IMG/VR virus record: IMGVR_UViG_3300040771_000047
Span: 64,593 to 89,262 of that record
DNA length: 24,670 nucleotides
Origin: a virus
Reading direction: 5' to 3' (one strand)
Of this stretch, positions 18,325 to 24,670 are shown piece by piece. Position 1 is the stretch's first letter, and the number at the start of each line of letters is the position of its first letter. A program made the position numbers and the translations under genes. Below the pieces are notes generated by a model that had not been told where the DNA came from, did not search any database, and saw only the letters and a list, made by a program, of their open reading frames with translations.

Positions 18325-21300
18325 TTATCTTTCAGAAGGCTTTTCATCTTGAACTGAAAAATTCATAATCAATCTAGTGTTGTCAAAAGTATCAAATATT
18401 AGCCTAACAACCAAGAATTTATCTCTAAAACTTTCCATCTCTCTCCAGTCCTTATTGTAGTTAATTGCATTTGCATTTACAGTTTTATCTACGAAATAGT
18501 CAGACTGTAAATCAGATAGTTTCTTACTAAACATTGGAATTTCATAATTTGTTCTAATATCTCTAAATTCATTTATGTTCCAATTCCTCTCTGTCCTAGA
18601 GATAGCAATATCATATAAAGAATTTTTTACTTGTTGATTAATGTAATTATCAGCTGCTGTCTTAGGTATAAGATTTTTTAACCCACTAATTTGATGAGAA
18701 TTATAAACTAAAATTTTATTAAAAGTAATATCCTTTTTATCAAAGTATTCTTCGTATTCAGCATTGTATTGTTTAGCTTCTGTCTGTAACATAATGTTAT
18801 CACAAAGAGCAGTCTGAGTACCATAGGTGTCCACATACTCTACAATAAAAGGATACTTTACACCAAAGAAAGTTTGGTAGTGATTCTTTCTATTAAATCT
18901 ATAGATAGAAGCTCCTCCTTGCTTCCAAGCATAGAACTTCTCTTGTACTCTAAAGTAAAAACTAGGTAAGTAACTATGCCAGCTAATCCACTTTTGTTCT
19001 TTTAAAGAGTAACTCAAAGTCCAGCTATTGTTAATTGTACTTGGAACTATTGGAGTACCTTCTACATAACTAAAAGTAGTTAAAGGAACTTGTGTAGTAA
19101 CAGAAGTATCCACCTCTTCTGTGTAATTAACTGTTGTGTTTACAGTAGTAAATACCTCTTCTGTGACAGTTTGATTAGCAATTTCACCTCCACTTACTCC
19201 ATTCACTGATAATTTTCCTTCAAGAATATTATAAGTAAAAACCCCCATAGTTTGAGCTTGACTAGCATCACCTGTTTCAGGTCCATTAATAAAAACTGGA
19301 GCAAATGTATAATTACCTCTTAATGTTCCTCCTGTATTTATAAATTCATAATTTGAACTACTTATAGTTCCCCCTTTATAAGCAATAGCATCCATTTCAA
19401 CATTACCTCCTGCAGCTCCTTCCAAGTTACTATTGGTGTGCCAGTAAGACCTGCACTCAAAAGTAATTAGATTTTCATTAGGGAAATCTCGTTTTAGTTG
19501 CCCCACGTCAATATGAATAGATTCGTAACCATTACCTTTGTTATCTCCAGCCCAAAAGAAATAAATATTAGGAGATGAAGGTAAATTCCACCCAAATCTT
19601 GTACTTGCAAAAGGAGATATTAAATTACTGTTAGTATCTAAATCTGTTAATCCTGGTGGCATCTTAAATCTAAAAACTAAATGATCTACTTCAGCAAAAA
19701 TACTTCTAGTTACTATTTCTGATGTAGTTACAGAATCAACTCTAGTTCTTTCTACTAATTGTATTCTGGATTCTATTTTATCCTCTAGTATTGTTTTTGA
19801 GAACTTTAATTTACATTTTTCTATTCCTAAGTATTGAAAGTTTAAAGCCTTTTTGTCAGTTATGATTTGTTCAAAGTCATTAAAAATAACTGTGCCATCT
19901 CCTGAGTCACAAAGTTTATACCCTGTGCCCAAATCAGTTGTTATTTTAAAATCCTTTTTACTAATAATTATTCTTTCTTTTTTAGTGTCATAGGTAGCTA
20001 AGTACCCTACTCCAATAGGGTTAGAAGGGTTGTTGCTAAAAGGATAATCAATTCCATTGTCTACATAATAATCTTCACTCACTTTAAAGTTCATATTTTC
20101 TTTAAAGTAATTAGACATAGACGTATCTGAAAAAGCTTTTAATTGTTGACCATCAAATATGTACCATTTCTTTTCTTTATGTGAAGGAAATATTACACCA
20201 AACTTAGTTTTTATTCTCGCCCACTTATGAGAAGTTCCAGCAGAACTATTACTATCATCTACTATTTTTCTTGGTGGAACAGAGAAAAACTCACCTGTAC
20301 CTAGAAAAGATAATATATCCCCCGTAATTCTTTCTTGACGAATCTGAGGTAAGTGCCATAAAGCTTCTTCTGTATGTATGTAAAGATTATTTTGAACCCT
20401 AAATACATCAGTTATTGCACCTGTTTCTCCTTCTATATCTCTATAGTTATTAGGAAGAAAAGTTCTATAGTTATCTGTAAGTTCTTCTTGAAAAGAGTCT
20501 TCAGACCAATGTGTTCTATGAGGAAAACTTTCTCTACAATCTGAACAACAGTCATATTCTAAAGGTAAGTGGTTAAAGATTTTCTGTTTATTTCTTCTAT
20601 AGTAATCCAGGTTTACTTGATAAATTTCAGGTAATGCAATAGATAGGTAAGTCCTACCTCCTTCTCTCTCTTGGTCTACTACAGTTAGTTTAGACAACAA
20701 GTGTCTGTCTAACTCATTTGCAGGTTTAACAGGACCATTGTTACCATTTCCAGTTTCAGCTAAAGCAGGGGAGTCTATGAAGTCAGGAATAGAACCTACA
20801 TTGGCTCCATACCTTAAAGACATGTTTACACTAGACTCAAACCATAAATTAGTCAAAGCTTCTCCATACCATCTGATTTCATCATCAGGTGGATTAACAG
20901 CTTTAAAATTATCATTTAAAAAGTCATCCTCTATAGTTTCTCTTAAACCTTGGTCATATAACTCATTGTAGGTTTTATTCCAATTAGCTTGTTTAATACC
21001 TGAAGATGCAAGTAAAGCTCCTCCTGTAATAGCTGCAGCTCCGGCTCCCGCAACCAATGCTAAGCCTACAGAACTTAATCCTAAACTAGTCCCACCACTA
21101 AAAATAGCAGCAGCTACACCTACAGCTACAAGAAGTACACCTACAAAAATACTAAGAAAACCTCCTTTAGTTCTTCTTTGTCTAAATCTATTTTCATAAA
21201 ACAGAGAGTTCACATACTTCATAGAAGTTACATAGCTGTCTCCATTGGCCACTCTAGTTTTACTTATTACTCCTTCTTGGAACTTTACCATGTGCTTACT

Positions 21301-23880
21301 TTCTTTATAGTAAGGAAGTGTTCTAAAGTTACTGTAAGGGTCTGCTATGTTTCTCTTAAAGATTACATAAGGTAAAGTATTAATTATAGGGTCACTAAAG
21401 TCAGAGTTTAAAGATAATATACCTATTTTATTATCTGAAGATACATTAAAAACATCTTTATCTATATTGTAACTATCTTCTACATTTTTATAAGTTAATG
21501 CATCTAAATAAAATATTTCTTTAATATCTGTTTTTACAAACAAAGGCTTATGTGCAGTGTTATACGCAAGAATATTATCTTTGGTTCTTACTCTTAAATC
21601 AAAACCGTCATTATCTTTCTCAGAACCTCTATGTCTTTTACCATCATAGGATGTTCCATCTAATACATCTTGCACTAAAAAATTACTGTATAAACTACCA
21701 ATACTTGAGTGTACATACTCTCCTTCTTTTATAATTTCATCTACTTCAGTGTAAGTTTTATTATTAAATTTAAATTCAGGATTAATAATACTTAAGAAAT
21801 CTTTTTTAATTTTAGTAGTTGAAGCATTTGCAAAGTCTGGCATTAATAGGCCATGTGATACAAAATGTTCATTTTGCATAGTAGAGGTAAGTACCCCACT
21901 ATCTAAAATAGTTTTTTCATTCTCAGTTCTTTCATTTCTAACTATGTAATACCCTACTATTTTTTCCCCACCTGTATCAGCTAAACTTGGCATTTCTACA
22001 TTAGAAAATTCAATATTCATTACTTCAGAATAAAATAATTTACCTTCAGTTTCAGCTATATAAGGAACATCATCTATAACATAAGTAAGACCTGTGGAAG
22101 GAGAAGGTTGTCCTGCAGTTAGTACCACACCATCTTCTTTAATAGAAACTATAGTAATAACCCCTCCCGTAAGAATAGGGTCTAAATACACTTCTTGTCC
22201 TGGAGTTGAAAGGTCATCCCAATTGGTGTACTCAATAGTTTTACTAGCATAATAAGTTGTACCGTTAGCTATGTACTCAATTAAATATTCAATAAAATCA
22301 GCAGTAACACAATTAGGATCATAAGCAGGGTCTGCTGTGTCCGTTACACAAGGAGCAGGAAAACTAATGTTTCCATTTACTCTTATTCTTAATGTATGAA
22401 ATTCAGTAGAACTTTCACTTGCTAGTACTTCAGTGAATAAAGGTTTATTAATTTCACTTCTTAAAGGAAATCTATGATGCCTTACTAGCTTATCTTTTAA
22501 AACTGTACCTTCACTATCCACTCCCCAGTAGCCTAAATTGTCACAGGTGTCATTATCAATATACCTAGTTGAAGAAGAAGAGTTATTACCACTCATAGGA
22601 TAATACGTTTTACCTTCTTCATTGGGCAGAAAAGTTGTTCCTACTGATAGTAAAGAGCTTCTCCCCGGTATATGACAAACAGGACTTACAGTCATGTCCT
22701 CAAATATATAAACTATCCCAAAAGAATGTATTTCACCTGGAGTATAAGCTACACCATTGATGTTTGTATCAGCATGTTTAGGGTTTGTTTTATTTAGAGC
22801 ATTAAGAGAAACTGTAGAAAGTATACAATCAGCTTTAATTCTACTTGCGTACCTTTGTAAAGCACAATAATTGATTTGCTTACCTTTTACATTAGATAGT
22901 ATTAATTTGTTTTCTATTTGTTCTACATGTTCTGCAGACTCAATAATATTATTAAATACAATAACATCTTGTTGGGTACCTGAACTTTCAAAATTAGCTC
23001 CTGTATAAACAAAAACTGGATTTCTAGTAGATATTTCAGCAGTGTATTTTGTATCACTAACTTGCCCACTCCCATTATTGGATTCAGTAAAAGCCAGTCT
23101 GTAAAAAGGAAAGTCTAAATCTAATTCTGATACTTCTACCCTAATAGATTTGTTAGTATCTGTACTTAAGTATAAAGGTGTAGTTTGAGAATTGCTTCCT
23201 CTAATATCTTTATAAGGACCTGTATAGCTATCATTATAAATATGCACCACTTCAGTACTAGTTATAAACTCAGTAGGATTCAGGTCTTCATCTAAATATT
23301 GTATAGAAATATTGTAACTACCTGATACTAAAACTCCTCCACTATTTAAAGCTTCTACTTTATCAAATTTAGGTATAGAATTATATGTTTTAAATAAACT
23401 AAATTTGCTTATATTCCAATTACCTAATGCATCTTTAAAGTTTTCTTCTTTTTCTATAATGAAGCTTCTAGGTTTAGGGTCTGCCCAATAAATAACTCTT
23501 TCACATCCTCTTCTTAATCTAAAAGTAGCTGATATTTGATGGTCAATCCTAAAACCTAATTTATCAGTTTGGTCAGCATCATTAACTATGACATTAAGAT
23601 TACAGTTTCTATCAGCTATTGCTAAAGCAGAATCACCTATAGCAGATACTAAAAAAATTAAAGTGTTTTCTCCACCAATGTAGACTTCACCAATAGGAGA
23701 AAATCCTGCAGGCAAAGTATAACAAGCTTCATTACTTTCTTCATTAGCTCTGTGTCCAGAATCTCCTTCATTTGTTTCGTTAACTCCATTAAGAACAAAT
23801 CTAGTTGTTCCTTCCGGTTGTGAAACTAATGAGGTATCTAAACTTAATCCTCCAGGCTTTGTAACTTTATTTTGTGCCAT
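18325..23880 (-). CDS. 1851-aa tail-tip 'muzzle' / tail stabilization protein (P22 gp10 / T7 gp12-like nozzle role)
   Basis: N-terminal GGLSLDTS...PEGTTRFVLN, beta-rich body, and C-terminal WTLSYSLKEQKWISWHSYLP and FRDKFLVVRLIF, all resembling crAss-like stabilization proteins. Position immediately upstream of the cargo genes agrees. Confidence 0.75.
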   Translation of the reverse strand: MAQNKVTKPGGLSLDTSLVSQPEGTTRFVLNGVNETNEGDSGHRANEESNEACYTLPAGFSPIGEVYIGGENTLIFLVSAIGDSALAIADRNCNLNVIVNDADQTDKLGFRIDHQISATFRLRRGCERVIYWADPKPRSFIIEKEENFKDALGNWNISKFSLFKTYNSIPKFDKVEALNSGGVLVSGSYNISIQYLDEDLNPTEFITSTEVVHIYNDSYTGPYKDIRGSNSQTTPLYLSTDTNKSIRVEVSELDLDFPFYRLAFTESNNGSGQVSDTKYTAEISTRNPVFVYTGANFESSGTQQDVIVFNNIIESAEHVEQIENKLILSNVKGKQINYCALQRYASRIKADCILSTVSLNALNKTNPKHADTNINGVAYTPGEIHSFGIVYIFEDMTVSPVCHIPGRSSLLSVGTTFLPNEEGKTYYPMSGNNSSSSTRYIDNDTCDNLGYWGVDSEGTVLKDKLVRHHRFPLRSEINKPLFTEVLASESSTEFHTLRIRVNGNISFPAPCVTDTADPAYDPNCVTADFIEYLIEYIANGTTYYASKTIEYTNWDDLSTPGQEVYLDPILTGGVITIVSIKEDGVVLTAGQPSPSTGLTYVIDDVPYIAETEGKLFYSEVMNIEFSNVEMPSLADTGGEKIVGYYIVRNERTENEKTILDSGVLTSTMQNEHFVSHGLLMPDFANASTTKIKKDFLSIINPEFKFNNKTYTEVDEIIKEGEYVHSSIGSLYSNFLVQDVLDGTSYDGKRHRGSEKDNDGFDLRVRTKDNILAYNTAHKPLFVKTDIKEIFYLDALTYKNVEDSYNIDKDVFNVSSDNKIGILSLNSDFSDPIINTLPYVIFKRNIADPYSNFRTLPYYKESKHMVKFQEGVISKTRVANGDSYVTSMKYVNSLFYENRFRQRRTKGGFLSIFVGVLLVAVGVAAAIFSGGTSLGLSSVGLALVAGAGAAAITGGALLASSGIKQANWNKTYNELYDQGLRETIEDDFLNDNFKAVNPPDDEIRWYGEALTNLWFESSVNMSLRYGANVGSIPDFIDSPALAETGNGNNGPVKPANELDRHLLSKLTVVDQEREGGRTYLSIALPEIYQVNLDYYRRNKQKIFNHLPLEYDCCSDCRESFPHRTHWSEDSFQEELTDNYRTFLPNNYRDIEGETGAITDVFRVQNNLYIHTEEALWHLPQIRQERITGDILSFLGTGEFFSVPPRKIVDDSNSSAGTSHKWARIKTKFGVIFPSHKEKKWYIFDGQQLKAFSDTSMSNYFKENMNFKVSEDYYVDNGIDYPFSNNPSNPIGVGYLATYDTKKERIIISKKDFKITTDLGTGYKLCDSGDGTVIFNDFEQIITDKKALNFQYLGIEKCKLKFSKTILEDKIESRIQLVERTRVDSVTTSEIVTRSIFAEVDHLVFRFKMPPGLTDLDTNSNLISPFASTRFGWNLPSSPNIYFFWAGDNKGNGYESIHIDVGQLKRDFPNENLITFECRSYWHTNSNLEGAAGGNVEMDAIAYKGGTISSSNYEFINTGGTLRGNYTFAPVFINGPETGDASQAQTMGVFTYNILEGKLSVNGVSGGEIANQTVTEEVFTTVNTTVNYTEEVDTSVTTQVPLTTFSYVEGTPIVPSTINNSWTLSYSLKEQKWISWHSYLPSFYFRVQEKFYAWKQGGASIYRFNRKNHYQTFFGVKYPFIVEYVDTYGTQTALCDNIMLQTEAKQYNAEYEEYFDKKDITFNKILVYNSHQISGLKNLIPKTAADNYINQQVKNSLYDIAISRTERNWNINEFRDIRTNYEIPMFSKKLSDLQSDYFVDKTVNANAINYNKDWREMESFRDKFLVVRLIFDTFDNTRLIMNFSVQDEKPSER

Positions 23881-23909
23881 GTACTTATGTATTTTAAATT
23901 TTTCTATAT

Positions 23910-24670
23910 TTAATAATCAGTTTCTACATAAATTCTATTTATTCCTAATTGTACAGAAGTTACAGGAGTCAAAGCAGCATTACTTGCTAGTACTCCTGCT
24001 GTAAATAAAGTAGTGTTTATAGGTAAATTTAAAGTTGCTATTCCGTTAGCTTCTGTATTCAAATTTATATCTTTTATTCTCCAAGTAACTTGATTAGTGT
24101 TTGGAGCGCAAAACATATATAAATCATAGCCCTTATTTGATACTATTGTAAATCCTGTTGTTGCTTTAGTTGCTACCGTTCCCCTTGTTAAAAAACTGAT
24201 TGCACCGTTGTCAGCAGCATCTACACAAAACCCCATAGTATTATTTAAAGCAGACGGATCAGCAGAAATTACCGTTGTTGCCGTGTGCATACCCGTAAAA
24301 AATCTTCCTCCATTAGTCCAAACATCCATTCCTACTCTTGCATAAAAAAAGAAACCTCCTTGCCTAGATAAAGAACCTCTTGTAAACATCGCTTCTGTAT
24401 TTCTACACCCTAAAACTTGGTTTAAAGTAGTTACAACATTAGCATACCTTGAACGTACTATTGAAGTATAAACTTCCGTTGCTGTTGGTAATGCTCTTGA
24501 AAATGTTCCTGTAGTAGCACCAACGCTACCAAGCCAAACACCCGCAGTTACGTTTGTTGGATTCCACATTGTTATATTATTTTGCCAAAACGCATTTTGT
24601 AAAGGGGAATCCAATCCTGATTGCCCCTTTATTTTTATAGCTAGTTTCCCGCTTATGTATTTAGTATAAA
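23910..24670 (-). CDS. 3' part of a putative tail fibre / virion appendage protein; true start lies beyond the window
   Basis: The frame stays open upstream of the track's TTG at 24614 up to the window edge (...YTKYISGKLAIKIKGQSGLDSPLQNAFW...). The sequence is Thr/Gly/Ala/aromatic-rich, looks like a beta-sandwich, and ends in INRIYVETDY. Function is inferred from composition and position. Confidence 0.6.
   Translation of the reverse strand, partial: YTKYISGKLAIKIKGQSGLDSPLQNAFWQNNITMWNPTNVTAGVWLGSVGATTGTFSRALPTATEVYTSIVRSRYANVVTTLNQVLGCRNTEAMFTRGSLSRQGGFFFYARVGMDVWTNGGRFFTGMHTATTVISADPSALNNTMGFCVDAADNGAISFLTRGTVATKATTGFTIVSNKGYDLYMFCAPNTNQVTWRIKDINLNTEANGIATLNLPINTTLFTAGVLASNAALTPVTSVQLGINRIYVETDY

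Larger units (their letters stand above)
1..24670 (-). mobile_element. Segment of a crAss-like (Crassvirales-related) podophage genome: tail plus ejected-cargo/virion RNA polymerase module
   Basis: All long ORFs are on the minus strand with spacers of 11, 13, -1, 28 and 29 nt. The order tail fibre > muzzle/stabilization protein > cargo proteins > giant DxDxD RNAP > further gene matches the described crAss-like layout (phi14:2, PhiCrAss001). No host housekeeping genes are present. Prophage versus lytic state cannot be told from this window. Confidence 0.85.

Noticed and set aside
278-21734. The many 60-118-aa plus-strand ORFs and the nested minus-strand ORF 9761-9970 in the ORF track
   Set aside because: All overlap long genes on the opposite strand or in another frame. 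They have Ser/Leu/Phe-rich shadow-frame composition and no recognisable motifs.
408-23912. Stop-codon reassignment (TAG or TGA), known in some crAss-like phages
   Set aside because: Genes are full length under the standard code with no in-frame TAG or TGA. All five visible stops are TAA, so nothing here indicates recoding, although the rest of the genome is untested.
24612-24614. TTG start proposed for the 234-aa ORF
   Set aside because: The frame is open upstream to the window edge with plausible protein sequence, so this is probably an internal Leu codon.
1-24670. CRISPR arrays, tRNA/ncRNA genes, DGR template or variable repeats, tandem DNA repeats
   Set aside because: The longest intergenic gap is 29 nt and I saw no nucleotide-level repeats by eye. 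A self dot-plot would be needed to exclude diverged repeats.

Overview
This 24.7-kb window is AT-rich (roughly one-third GC by eye) and is almost entirely one tightly packed minus-strand gene run from a crAss-like / Crassvirales-related podophage, probably infecting a Bacteroidota host. In transcription order (right to left) it holds: (1) the 3' part of a putative tail fibre/appendage gene, (2) an 1851-aa tail-tip 'muzzle'/tail stabilization protein, (3) two putative ejected cargo proteins of 773 and 572 aa, (4) a 4611-aa protein, and (5) the first 132 codons of the next gene, which the ORF track misses. The 4611-aa protein combines an ejection-like N-terminal part, a two-barrel virion RNA polymerase (RTP...GLDYDVDK) and a C-terminal HEXXH zincin. 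Main observations: about 5,950 consecutive cargo residues have no cysteine except one Cys at the giant protein's C-terminus, and the next protein has Cys at position 3; a repeated GTG-containing motif divides the 773-aa cargo protein; the muzzle protein carries a translocator-like hydrophobic hairpin and a TerD/DUF2135-like domain on an apparent beta-stalk; GATC and CpG are strongly depleted, and CpG depletion is absent from the tail-fibre gene. All family assignments come from motif recognition by eye, not from database searches.
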